NCBI GenBank assembly: GCA_050084985.1
Contig: JBITNC010000001.1
Coordinates: forward strand, 50,654,001-50,718,000
Direction of reading: 5' to 3'
DNA from: Nageia nagi
Lineage: Eukaryota > Plantae > Pinophyta
DNA: 64,000 nucleotides
The notes under the pieces are model-generated. The model ran no database searches and was not told the DNA's origin. It was given only the letters and a program-made list of their open reading frames with translations. Of this stretch, positions 50,942 to 64,000 are shown one piece after another (the stretch's first letter is position 1; each line of letters begins with the position of its first letter). The position numbers were made by a program, and so were the translations under genes.

Positions 50942-52430
50942 TTTATATTCCCAAGGAGCAAAGAGTAGGGGCACCTCTGAATCTATCCTTCTTTGTTATT
51001 ACAAATTAAAAACACTGATCCCGCTACAATTGAGTCAGAATTAACAACTTAGATGACAGGCCATCATTATTCTTGGCATTCTCAAATCTCAAGGATTGGC
51101 ACAATCAATCCATCCTGTACCAAATTTCCAACATAGCAAAGGACTAATAAATTGAACCACAATAAATAAAGAAAAAATCAAGATAATCATAATAAATATG
51201 ATGACTCTTCATTTGATATAGAACTAGAAATAAATCTGAATCAATAACAAAATTTTATGAAGATAAAAATCCAACTGTGAAACATGCAAATCAATTCATG
51301 AAGACTAAGAAAAGTACGTATTAGTCATGCCTGTCACAAACTAAGCGTAGCATGTACCGAGCAAACATGTCAACACATCAAAATTAATATGGAAAGAGAG
51401 AAGACAATACTTTTACATCTTTTTGTCTTAAAATTGATCTGAAATACCTGAATATCACTTAGGTTGACAAACATGAGGTAGTCCGTTTATATGCACAATA
51501 CAAATGTTTTACAATTCCGAATCTCAATAACAAGAGTCTCAATCAAATCAAGAGCTCACTTGATAAGGTGAATGCCATAGCTTGCTAAGTAACCCATTAC
51601 GTGAGAACCTTTTACAGTAGAATGGTCCTATGCAACACAAAGAAATACAACTCCACAGCCGAATTTCAGGAATTTCCATCCAAAATTACTCATATGTCAT
51701 GTAGGCAAGACAACACCAAATAAAATAGATGCTTTCATTCAAGAGCCCTTCAAGTGAAGCAGATGATTCAAGTGAAACTGCCACGCTAGGGTTTCACAAA
51801 TTGCTAGAGCATTAGATGACTGGTTCATTTAAAGTTAAACCAGTAATCATAATCAAGGCACAATCTCGTATGGGTACGTTTGCCATAAGTAAATAATTTT
51901 CATCCTTGTAAATAGGTTCAATGTACCGTGGTATCCCAAGTTTGAGCTCAAAACCTGAATTCAAGCCATCAAATGGTGAGCCCAAATTTTGATACTGAGA
52001 TACTAAATTAGTTACTTGTTTCTAATTCCTCACACCCAGCCTTGTATTATGTTAGAAGAGATTCGAGATCGTTTGTTTCAGTGCCTCCCTTCCTCATTGG
52101 TTCAGGTGATGCGTCAATTATAATAGCTTACTGGTCTAACTCCGTAGCATCAAAAATGTACAAGAACTCTGCTGATTCACCAAAGTGATAGCATGTTGAA
52201 TAAATAGAGTCAGTAGAGGGACATTCTATAAATCAGAGAAATCTGCTTGTAGAGTTTTTTTTTACTCGCAAAATTTTTGCTGAGTTCAAGTTTTTCTGAG
52301 TTTTCTTAAAATAACTTTTTTCCAATGAAAAATTGCATTTTCTTTGGGTTTTTTAGCTTAATCCACAACAAATCCAAGTTTCTCTACTATGATCTATCTA
52401 TATATAGCAAGAGAGATAAAATGAGAATGA

Positions 52431-52600
52431 TGTGAAAACCATAATCATTGACTGGCACGAGAAATCCTTAAGCCAATACACCTGACAGGAAAAGATTTCT
52501 AATACATATCTGGACGAATCAACTGATCCATAAATCCCACCCAGGCAGCTACATCAACTCAAGGATTTTTCATGCCAGCCAGTAATCGTTTTTTTCACCT
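52431..52600. repeat. Imperfect ~43-bp inverted repeat (MITE-like foldback) upstream of GC1
   Basis: GTGAAAA..TGACTGGCACGAGAAATCCTT pairs with AAGGATTTTTCATGCCAGCCA..TTTTCAC. Confidence 0.5.
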
Positions 52601-52959
52601 GATTGTCAGCACAAGAAATCCTTTTCCTAAGTTCATGTGCTACAAGCTGCTGCAATCTTAAGTTGTGCTTAAATTTTAATGTCAAAAATGAAGTTATTGT
52701 AATTCGTATAAGAGAGAATCTTCAAATATGTGCATCAAGGGAAATGGACATTTATGTTTGATGATAATGTCAATCAGTTACAGATGTTATCTAAAAATAC
52801 ATAATGAAACCAGCACATCTACAAAGGAAAGTGTTCCTTTGTCGTCAGTTCCTTTGGGTACTAGGGTATTCTTATGGTTGAGTTCAAGTATTTATGGGAG
52901 TCCTCTAGTGTCGCCTTACCATCTGGTCAGTTTTAATTTATGCTATAAAAATATCTATA

Positions 52960-54620
52960 CCAAAACACAGATTTAAAAGGATATAAGTCAATGGCTACCT
53001 TTTGAAACCACTCCACGTATAAAAAAGTTAGCAACGATTGGTGTGAGTGGTGAAACCATAGTAATCTCATTAAATTGTTCCCAAAACTCTCTTTTGAAGA
53101 CAAAAAGATGTTGTTTATAAACACAACTTGATTTGGTGTGGTAATTTCTTGGTCCAGGTGTTTTCAGATGACATTCAAAGCATCTTCAATTGGTAACATC
53201 GTATAATAGAACATCAAAGCTTGTTAGGATTGCATCCTCATTTGACTTAATGTTCTTGATCTCATTTACAAAATGCTCCAAATTATTTATAAAGGATAGA
53301 ATTTGACCCACCAGGTGTTTTAGCTTTTCTTCCCCCAAATATTTGGCTAGTTCATACATCAACGAGTCAAGTATGTCAACAATTGATTTGATTGGGACAA
53401 TATCTTTTTGGACTTTGTAAGACTGTATGTTATGGGTACGATTGGTGCATTCAACTTAACCTCATGTTTGTCTCTTCGTTAAAGGATGTATTCTTGATTG
53501 TTTTTTTTAATTGGATCATCATATTATCAAAGATTTTATTGATTGCTTTGTTTTTACTCGGTTCAGCATGGTGATGTGATGTCACATGTGGACATCTGTT
53601 TCTTTGTATTTTCTTCATGTATAACCCATGTCCTAATGTCTCCATAGTTCTTTTGTAAACCAGCACACCTAGGAAGGGAAGTGTACCTTTGGATTCAATG
53701 TCTTTCATAATTGGATATTCTTATTGGTGGAGTTCAAGTGTTTGTGCAAACCCAGTAATGTTGCCTTACCATGTGGCCAGCTTGCACTTGTACCATCAAC
53801 ATATTTACAAAACAAGTTTAAAAGGATACAAGTAAATGATTGTTTTTTCAAATTGCTCCATGTATAAGTTAGCAACAGTGGGTGAGAATGGAAAGCCCAT
53901 AACAACATTGTTAATTTGTGCAAAGAACTCTTCCTTTAAAGATTGAAAATATAGTCTCTAAACACAATCTGATAAGTGTGCCTTGCTTTTTGGCCCACAA
54001 AAGTCGAGACGACATTTAAAGCCTCTTCAATTGATACCATTGTAGATGGAGATACCACATCGAAGCTTACTAGAATGTCAACCTTGTTTCTTTTGAGGTT
54101 CTTGATTTCATTATAAAATGCTCCAAGTTTGTGATAAAAGACAGAGCTCAAGCAACCAAATGTTTTGGTATTTCTTCTGTCAGATATTTGCCATATTTAT
54201 ATATGTTAATGAGTCAAATGTGTCAACAATTGGTCTACATTGGGACACCATCTTGGTGGACCTTTGAAATACTACATATTCTAGATACTATTGGTGCAAT
54301 CTCTATTAATCCCATTTTTATCCCCTTATCAAAGGACACAACCCTGATTGTTTATTTGACTCGATTTGTGATTTTTTGATAGGATTACCCACTAGCTTTT
54401 CATGTCTACCTAATGACATGTGATGGTCTATCATTTTTTTTTAATAGTCATCTTTGTTGAACCGTGACATTTCGAATGTCAACTTTCATTATTACAAAAT
54501 TTCTATAGATATTTAAATCCTTGAGCATTTCTCATCGTCTTCTTTCTTATGGGTCTAGTCCTTTTTAATATTCTTACACATTCCAGGAGTAAAGTTTCAG
54601 CGAGAAACATTCTACGGGAC
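52960..54620 (-). mobile_element. Two tandem Penelope-like element RT fragments (54620-53430 and 53430-52960)
   Basis: PIVD, LVSFDVVS / LTSFDVL, MGFPFSPTVANLYMEQFEK, KYVDGT, ESKGTLPFLGVLV..LGH..SHHH. Confidence 0.8.
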
Positions 54621-54738
54621 TCAAATGCTATGTATCTACACCCATGATATTAGGATGTATATTTGGTTATGGAGTAGTTCACACTGCCACACATCCCTAG
54701 GTTACTTTTATTGAGTGTAATGGGTACCTTATAAGTTA

Positions 54739-55005
54739 CATAGATAAAAATGGTGGCAATTATTCCAAAAAAATCAGCATTTAATCGCTGCATCATGGAT
54801 TTTGATTAATCACTAAAAAAATGGCAGAAATCATCTAAAAGGTATATACGATTCTTCTGCCGCTTTTTGGTCGATTATTGCAAAAATCATCTAGGGAATT
54901 TCGATTATTGACACTACCACTTTTTCGGCGCACAATCGCTGAGTTGTCAATTAATCTTTGAATTGACCAAATAAATTATTTAGCAAATCAGCTTTTTAAT
55001 CTATG
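54739..55005. mobile_element. Possible MITE relic
   Basis: CATAGATAAAAA ... TTTTTAATCTATG termini with internal AATCG/CGATT motifs; no TSD found. Confidence 0.35.
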
Positions 55006-55479
55006 TTTACCCTACCTAATGTTATTAGAATAAATAATATGTATGAAGCAATTGTATCTTACTTTCGATAGCACAATAGAGGAGTTCATGACACCTCAAA
55101 GTATAAGTAATTGAGTAGAGTGGCTATCCTTTACTTAGCTCCATCTTATACTGCATATTCAGCATGAATGAATGCTATCTCGATCAAAAAGAACAGTGAA
55201 TGAATTAAATAAAGATAATGAATATGCTTGAACTAAAACCCCTCTCTCTATAGGCTTAATCCCTTGTATCAAAATCATGAGTGGGAGACATTCTTTTACT
55301 TTATATTATAGTTGGATTTATGTCTTATTAAGGGATATCCAGTAGAGTGATTCCTTCTCTAAGGAGTATTGTGTGGCATTATTGTACAATATAAATTCTT
55401 TTAAAGCATTGAGTATTTGTGTACAGTAGTAATTGCTACATATGTCCTGTATGAATCTCTTGAGATGCCTATATGTGTT

Positions 55480-57720
55480 GTTTGGCATTTTGTTTTATAA
55501 TGAAGATGATCAAGTGGGAAACAACATAAAATCGGGATTACACAAGGATGCATACCACACATCCACGTCCTTTGATGTTCCTCAAATGGGGGACACTCCC
55601 CTTACTTGAAGGATGCATTCAGAAAACAATGTAATGCAGGGCCGTCATATTCAATGCTTAGAAAGCATAGACTCCATACTTCTCTCTTCAAGAAGCAATA
55701 TTCTAGATGCAATTTGATTATGAAGGAGATAAGGGAGACATGGCTAAAGATTAGATATTCTATCATCATGGATGGGTAACATTCGTCGACATCCACTCAT
55801 CAACATTATTGTGACATGTTCAACAAATCCTTATTTTCTTTGGGTCATTGATTGCTTGGAGAAAGAGGACCTACAGGACTAATAACTTCTATTGAAGGAG
55901 GCTATTGAGGAAATTGGATACTCCAATGTTGTGAAGGTACTCAATTTCCATTCTTATTATAATTTGTTTTAATATTTTTGTTGTACAAATAGTTACAGAT
56001 GCAACCTTGTTTGCCAACGTGCAGGGAAAATGATAAAACAAACTTCCAAACATATTTTTTGAACCCAGTGTTGCATTCATGCATCGAATAATGCATTGAA
56101 AGGCATTGGGAAGATAGATTGGGTGAGAACCATGGTTGCAAAGGCTAAAGACATACATATGTTCATTTGCAACCATCACACTTCATTAGCCCTCTTCTAT
56201 AATTTTTTTTATTATTTTTGTTGTACAAATAGTTACAGATGCAACCTTGTTTGCCAACATGCAGGGAAAATGATAAAACAAACTTCCAAACATATTTTTT
56301 GAACACAGTGTTGCATTCATGCATCGAATAATGCATTGAAAGACATTGGGAAGATAGATTGGGTGAGAACCATGGTTGCAAAGGCTAAAGACTTACAGAT
56401 GTTCATTTGCAACCATCACACTTCATTAGCCCTCTTTTGCTCCTTTTCAAAGGAGTCATTTATCAAACAAGGAGATACGAAATATGCCATTTACTTCATT
56501 CTATTGGAGAGGATGACTGAGGTGCAAGAGGCATTACGATCCATGGTAGTATACATAGAATGGAAGAAGAGGCTAGAATCAAAGACAGGTGGGAAAAAGA
56601 ATCAAAAACAAAGCCTTAGATAAGGATTGGTGTGCTCAAGCCAGGTAAGAAATGTTGAAGACTTGAATTTAATGAATTTTCACTTTAGGAGTTTCAAATT
56701 GGATTGTTGATTTCTCATGTATTTTTTTGTTTTTTAATTTCTTGTAAGTACATAGGGTCTTTCATTGCTCCAATTATTGGAATCATAAGATATGTTGATA
56801 CAAATGCTCTTAATTTAGGAGAGACCTATGGTCCCAATGGAGGCACTCTAGTGGTGGGGACATTTGGCTTATAACAATAGGTCATGGGTTCCATTGAATG
56901 GAGGGGTGTGTGCATACAAGGGTGAGGGCACTTTTCAAAACCCTTCAATGTTTTGAGTAAAAAAGAAATTATGAAAGATCTATGAAATTTTCGAACAACA
57001 TGCTAGGGGAAATGAAAAAGATATTTTATGCTAAAGTTCTTAGTTTTTATGAAAGCCACATTAGATCCATTATACAAAGGAGGTGGGCTAAGATGAATAC
57101 CTCTCTACATATGGTAGCATATGCAATGAACCGAAGTGGTATGCGCTTAAGCCGAGGAGAGTGGCAACCAATGAGGATCTTGAGGTGACAAATGGGTTCA
57201 AAAATGCTCTTAAAAAGATGTTTTAAAATGATGAGGTTGTCACACTCTGATATAAGTGGCTGAAATTTGTGAACCATAGGGGTCCTTGTTTCAGCCAACC
57301 AAAGTGCAACAAGGATAGGACTACCATTGCCCAATCAAATCCCATTGGATGGTGGTAGCTACGTGGGGATGATGCTCCAAACTTGCAACATCTTCCATTG
57401 AGGCTCCTTTCCCAGGTTGGTAGTTCATCTACTATAGAGAGAAATTTGTCCACCTATAGCTTCATCCACAATCTGAAAAGGAGCAAACTTATCTCTTGCA
57501 AAGCGGAGAAGCTAGTTACAATGCATTGCTCTCTTCTCCTTCGTGAGAGAGTTAAGCCAAAGTACAAGGCATCTCCAGCTACACAATGCAGTATTAATCC
57601 AGATGATGCATGACAAATTGATGATGATAAGTATCAGGAGGGTTTGGTTGGAGTGTCATTGGAGGTTATTCACTTGTATGATGAGGGTAGCTCATTAGAA
57701 AGCTCAATAGAGGACTAAGA
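55480..57720 (+). pseudogene. hAT transposase relic (DUF659-type core plus C-terminal dimerisation domain)
   Basis: DG*..LINIIVT, LKDIGKIDWVRTMV, RRWAKMNTSLHMVAY, LRLLSQVGSSSTIERNLSTYSFIHNLKRSKLISCKAEKLV. Confidence 0.85.
55955..56434 (+). repeat. 240-bp tandem duplication inside the hAT relic
   Basis: TTGTACAAATAGTTACAGATGCAACC at 55981 and 56221. Confidence 0.95.
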
Positions 57721-58319
57721 TATATTATACTATCACCGCATGAGCCGAGAAAGCCATAGTTTTGACTTCTTTGCTATTTGGCATAGTCATATCAAAGACT
57801 ATATTTACTATTATGATTTATCATTATGTACTAAATTCAAACTTAATGACATTATGATCATTGATTATAGTTGATTTTGATGTTTCGATTCATATTACTT
57901 ATTTCAATTTCGTATTTGTTTGTCATTTGAATGTTGATGTAATGTTTTTCCAATTTGGAATTTCATATTATCATTATGTTACATAATTGAGTTGATAATT
58001 GATGAGTCTCAGTAATTACCTGGTTTTTGGCACAGTTCGATGGTTCATTTTGTATATTTGGACATTATGGGACGGATTAATTGTAACTGTTGGACTATTT
58101 AGTTGCTTAATATACGGTTAAATGCATACTTTCCTTATATTAGTATTTTGTTCATACTAATTCTATTTTTTGTGTTTGTTTGAACCAAAATGCTTCTCTT
58201 TGCTCCACGGAATGATGGTTGATAACTCGTATGAGTTGCAAGTATTGGAGGAAGTATTCTGAACAGATTCTGCACTTGTATACATTGGACACCTCATTTG
58301 GTAAAGCAAAATTATGTTG

Positions 58320-58460
58320 TCAGGAGCTCCTGCTCTAGACTCATCTGGAGCTCTTGTTCCAGACTCGTCTGGAGCTCTTGTTCCAGACTCGTCCGGAGCT
58401 TCTATTTCAAACTTGTCCGAAGCTTCTATTTCACACTCGTCCGAAGCTCCTGCTCCAAAT
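58320..58460 (+). repeat. 24-bp tandem repeat (~6 copies) in the LTR of copy 2
   Basis: TCTGGAGCTCTTGTTCCAGACTCG-type units. Confidence 0.85.
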
Positions 58461-61400
58461 CCAAAATTGAGAAATTGATAGTCATTATTGACTATATTGC
58501 CAGTTCTATTCCAACCTTGTATGATCTAGATATTTACGTAGTGTGAGCTACTCCAAATATAATCTATAGAAGCATGGCTCCAACACATTAGATGTAATCA
58601 AATATGATTCTTGTTTTATGGGGTATGTTTGACTCCAAATTAGGCATAATAAACTACTTATGATGTAATTAGGATAGTGTTAACTCATTGGGATGAGCCA
58701 CTCTTTTTTTAAGAGATTGCAGCTCTCCTTAAATAAGATGTGGGCACCGTTAGCATGTTAATTTTAGTGTTAGCTAGCTGGTAGAATAAGTGATTCTGTT
58801 TTCTATAACAAAATATTGTTCAAATTATTGTTATTCTTGGCCAGCCTATTGTTAAACAACGGAGGATATTTATACCTCAGTTGTTAACGATAGAAGGGGT
58901 TAGAAGATTAAGGAAGTATTGTGTGTAGACTATTGAGAATAAAAACTTTGTATTAGATTCGTCAAGCACATTCTGTGCAACACAAATTGTATGCAATAAT
59001 AGAGTGATCTGTTAAGAGTTTCTAGTTCTGAGTTCTTCTAAGTCTTCCACCAAGAGGAGCAAGGGCCCACTCCAAATGGTAGAAGACTCTTTTATTTTAC
59101 TGTTCTTCTAATTCAGGTGTGAGTTTACATTCAGTGTGATAATTTCAAGTGTATATTTCTTTCAACATTTAAAATTCTTGTACTTTCAATTCTGCAACTT
59201 TCTATTATGCATATTGGCCTTCTGCAATGTTTACTTGAATTAGATACAGCTGAGAAAATAGAGTTCAATAGCATATAGCCTTGAACACCGCTCGCATTGA
59301 TTAACTAAATGAAGGAGTTAGATATTGTCTTCCAAGACTAGTGAGAGGAAACTAAAATCTGCCTGAGTGTTGGAGTACCAGCTCTACGAGTTAACTGGTC
59401 CCTACACGATAACAGGTGAAAGGATCACTAGGGGAAGGGTAGTGACAGCCCTGGTGGAATTTGAAATACCACTTTTTTACCCATCATTTTTGGCACCGTT
59501 GTCGGGGACTGGTGTTAATTGAACTATCCCTGCACTTTTTAAGGATAGGGGACTTGATAGAGCCAATAAGCAATCGGGTGCCGTCCTAGTTCCTCAATTC
59601 TTCACAAAATGAGTGGCCCCAATAACCTATATTAAGAAATTGCAGCAAACTATTGTCTAAGTTGTGATAGATTGGTGTGCTTATTTCCTTGAGAATGTAT
59701 GAATAGATCAAGGGATGATAAAGGAAGATTTGTTAAAGGAGACGGTAGTAAGAAAGTAGCTGTAGGAAAATCAGTCCAGAAAATACAACAAAAACCCCCC
59801 AAAACTAAAAAGTTGAGTTCAGAAAAGGTTGTGGAAGAAAAGGGAAGCAGTATAGTTGTCAAAGAACATCAGGTGGAGCAACCAGAAGAAACTAGGCCAG
59901 AGCCTAGACCTGTGGAAGAATTGGAAGAAATTGATCCAACAATTTTACAAGAGGAGGCAAACTATACTCCAAAATGTAAGTACCCAATCATTGCAAAAGA
60001 GATAACTTTCATTAGTCCATCATCACCACCATTTCTGAGATTCTCAGATCCACCTAAGCAATATAGGAGATTTACTAATAAATCCCCTCCATTTCCTATT
60101 CGGTTTGCAAACTTAACTCTCCAAACAGAGATAGTTGAGCCTGCTCCGGATACAGTCACTGCTACTCTTCATCCATCCATCCGTTCTCCAATACATCTTT
60201 ACCATTACCTATTACTCATATTCATCCTCTTTCCAATGAAAGTGATTCTGAAGCATAAAAAGAAGCAACCAAGATACCCTTCCATATTTATTACAGCAAG
60301 GGAAAATTACCAGAGTTTGAGCAAATAAAGAAGATATATACTAATCCACTTGTCAATATGTCTAGACGAAGTGGTCGTTCTAGAGTGGTAGGTACTAATC
60401 CCTCTACTCAAACATTCGCTTATCCCATAAGGCTCGCCGCAGGGACTCAAGCTCCTATGAAGAACATTTCACCGTCAGTCTTACCTACCTTTCAAGGTCT
60501 TTCCAGTGAGGATCCAAATCAGTTTCTGTTTGAATTCAAAATATTGTGCAGAACTTATGACTATGAGATGGATGAACAAAAATTAAAACTTTTTCCATCC
60601 ACTCTAAAGGACAATGCAATGAGGTGGTTCATGGGACTTCCTCCAGATTCCATCACTACTTGGGATGAAATGGAGAAAGTTTTTTTGGAAAAATACCAAG
60701 AATACTGTTGAGTCAAAGATAGGAAAGATGAACTGTTTCGACTCAATCATGCAGCATCAGAAAGCCTTGAAAATTACCTTGACAAATTCTTATTTGTTCA
60801 AAAAAGAGTTGGCACAACCATGGATCCCGAATTCTCCAAAACCATCTTTTTAAGAGGGCTTTTGGATTCCACATTGAAAGTCCTAAATTTGATGGGAAAG
60901 GGTAATGTCAATAAGTTAACTCTTGAGGAAATTGTGGAAATCTGCACAAACTATTCAAGGACCAAATCACATAAAAGAAGTGACAGGTTTAACACTGATG
61001 GTCAAGTCAAGACTAGATTGGCAAGTGAAATTAAGGAAGAATTTGCAAACTTCAGGACTGATGTTCTGTTTGAATTAAGTCAACTGAAGGGAACAGCAAA
61101 TAAACTGAAGGAGGTTCAGAATTCTCTTCAAACTACAAATTTGAAAAAGAAGACCACAAGTGAGTTTTCAACAAGATATTGTCCTAGGAGCTGAAAGAAA
61201 CATGCTCTACATGAATGTCCTCTAAACACTACCCATATATGCAACCTATGCAATAATGACCATCCAACAAATGATTGTGACTATCTAACGATAGCACAAA
61301 TGTCTGTAGCAACTCCAAACATGAACATGAACTGTATGGGAGCAATGGGGCCTAGGGGAAATAGTAATTTCCAAGGGAATTCAAAACCCTATTTTTTTAG

Positions 61401-62188
61401 ACCAACGAATTAGAATTGGTGGAACAAGCCACCATATTCCCCATGGATGGTAACTCAAGATTGGCAAGGTTATGGATGGGATCCTTCACAATGGAATACA
61501 TAATGGCAGCATTATGGAGGACAAAATCAGCAGAACTGGAGTAATCATCCAGTACAAGGACAGATTAGGCAAGGTTTGCTACCACCACCATTTAATCAAC
61601 AATAGCAAATGAATCAGTAGCAACAACCTCCAAAGCAACCTGCTCTTCCAGCCCAACCTGTTCCGAACCCAAATAATAACAGGCAAGCTCCAGCGCCTAC
61701 CTATCAAATTGATCAAGGAGACACAGCATCAATAAATGCTATCCAATTTAATGAAATTGAGCTTCGATCTGGTAAGAAATTGCCAGATCTTCTACCTCCT
61801 ATCATCACAGAAGTTGAGGTGGACAGCTCAGATGAATCTCCAGGAGAACACATGGAAGACAGTCAAGAGCCACCAACAGAAACAATTCTACCTACAAACA
61901 ACAAAGAGCTCCGGACAGAAGTTACTCCGTATCCAGAAAGACTAATTGAAAAACCCCAAGAAACTGAATCAGAACTGCTGCAAGAGATAAGGAAATTGAA
62001 TATTTCGATACCTATATTACAAGCAATCAAACAAGTTCCTGAGCTAAACAAGCTGGTTAAAGAACTATGCATCCAAAAGGGAGGAAGAAGAAAGAAGGTC
62101 TATACGAAGACTATCAAAGTAGATGGTAAAGTAGCTGATCTTTTGGCCAGAAATTTGGTAATTCCTAAGTATGGTGATCAGGTAATCC

Positions 62189-62318
62189 TGTTATTACCAT
62201 TTTCATAGGAGTCACTAAAGTGCCCAATGTTTTGGTTGACTTGAGAGCAGCAATGTTATTACCATTTTCATAGGAGTCACTAAAGTGCCCAATGTTTTGG
62301 TTGACTTGAGAGCAGCAA
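62189..62318 (+). repeat. 65-bp tandem duplication disrupting the protease region
   Basis: TGTTATTACCATTTTCATAGGAGTC... at 62189 and 62254. Confidence 0.95.
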
Positions 62319-64000
62319 TAAACGTCATGACTCTGGATATGTCTCAAAAGCTATTCTTGTCAAATATACAGCCCACTTCAATTATGTTGCAGATTGCAGA
62401 CCGAACAGTGGCCAAGCCAGAAGGAATCATGGAAGATGTCCAAATAACAGTAGATTCTTAGAGCTATCTAGTAGATTTTCTACTTCTAAAGACAAAAGCA
62501 CAACCTTCCGGATATCCAGTCATACTGGGAAGACCTTGGTTAGCCACTGCAGCTGCATACATCAACTGTAGGTCTAGAGATATGATCATTTCTAACGGCC
62601 TAAAAACAAAGACACTTTCTTTGTACCCATCTGCCCAACCAACATTGCAATATCACAACTAGATATGGGTTGATGAGCCTAACACGGATGCACATGAGAC
62701 TTTTGCAACATTAGCTACCATTACCATCAAGGATCATGTTGAAGAGATGGAAGAAGATCCTAGTCTAGAACAAATACAGTACCATTGTCCGAAGCCACAA
62801 GAAGAAGAATCAGAAGGCAATGATGAAAAGAAGGGAAATACAATGGTTAACCCATTACAAAATATTATTTTCAATGTTCCATCAGAAAAGCAGGCAACAT
62901 TTTTGGCAATGTTCAAATGCCCCCTTACTCACATTGTTCCAAAAGGGGATATTTTTAGGAAAAGAACAAGGGTATTCCATTCTTTATTTCCACATTCTTG
63001 TCCTTTGAATTCCCTGGTTCAGCTTCCAGAACAAGGTAATCTGACCAAACCTGGGATCAAAATTGTTGAAGTATTACCAAGAAAGACTCTCAATATCAAC
63101 AGCTGGTTGACATATGAACAAGAGAAGAAGCTTTTTGATGTCTTCACAGCCCATACTGAGGCTTTCGCCTGGAAATATTCAAACATGAAAGGTATTCATC
63201 CGAAGATTTATACCCATCATACATATACAGATGAAGCCAGACCAGTCCAGCAGCCTCCCAGGTGGGTAAATCCTGCACTTAAAGAAGTTGTTAAGACTAA
63301 GATTGAAAAGCTATTGAAAGCTAAATTCATCTATCCTATCTCAGATAGTTAATGGGTCTCACCATTGGTGATTGTGCCTAAGAAAAATGGCAAATGGAAG
63401 GTATCTGTTGACTACAAAGCTCTCAATAAAGCTACATTCAGGGACCACTTCCCATTACCTTTCATTGATCAAGTGTTAGACACTTTGTCTGGTAAGCAAT
63501 ATTTCTCCTTCCTAGATGGATTTAGTGGCTATAACCAAGTACAAATTGCAGATGAAGATCAACGTAAGACCACATTTACTTGTGCATGGGGTACATATGC
63601 TTATAAAGTTCTTCCATTGGCTTATGCAATGCACCAGCAACTTTCCAAAGAGCTGTACTAACAATCTTTTCAGATTGGACTAATGATTGTGTTAAAGTGT
63701 ACATGAATGACTTCACAGAGTATGGCAACACTTTTGGAGATGCATTGAGGAACTTAGAAAAAGTCTTGGTGAGATGTAAAATGCATAATCTATCCTTAAG
63801 CCATGAAAAATGCTTCATGCTTGTACAGGAGGGATAGTTTTGAGCCATCATATTTCAGCCCAAAGGGATTCAGGTGGATCCCAAGAAAATAGAAGTCATC
63901 AAGCAACTCCTTCAACCTGAGACTCAAACAGGTGTCCAGAGCTTCTTGGGACATGCCGGATACTACAAAAGATTTATAGAAAATTTCAATAAAACAACAG

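Larger units (their letters stand above)
58000..64000 (+). mobile_element. Athila-type Ty3/gypsy, copy 2 (more degraded), continues past the window
   Basis: LTR 58000-59486 (TGATGAG...CCATCA), PBS TGGCACCGTTGTCGGGGA at 59491, gag-PR-RT collinear with copy 1 but with many stops and frameshifts. Confidence 0.95.

Overview
Repeat-saturated plant nuclear DNA, probably from a conifer (inferred from giant introns, Dryad-like Penelope fragments and an endogenous caulimovirid). One host gene is recognisable: a GC1/GUCD1-family gene (C39-peptidase-like 'guanylyl cyclase 1') on the minus strand. It has four coding exons (50747-50941, 50453-50577, 33134-33245, 15581-15655) separated by introns of 169 bp, ~17.2 kb and ~17.5 kb, and its 3' exons lie left of the window. 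The rest is nested mobile DNA: two Athila-type Ty3/gypsy copies (tRNA-Asp PBS), about six RTEX-like LINE copies sharing a 3' stem-loop plus a (TTTC)n tail, L1 fragments, Penelope-like fragments, a hAT transposase relic and a caulimovirid movement-protein relic. The most unusual structure is a family of three related solo-LTR-like units with TG..CA ends and 5-bp TSDs (21555-25372, 37158-40366, 40530-46548). None contains gag-pol. Each carries its own array of palindromic repeats, and two carry an internal TATA box followed by a cargo reading frame inside the unit. The left Athila copy lacks its 3' LTR and is flanked by a 490-bp duplication of its target. All calls were made by eye, with no database searches.
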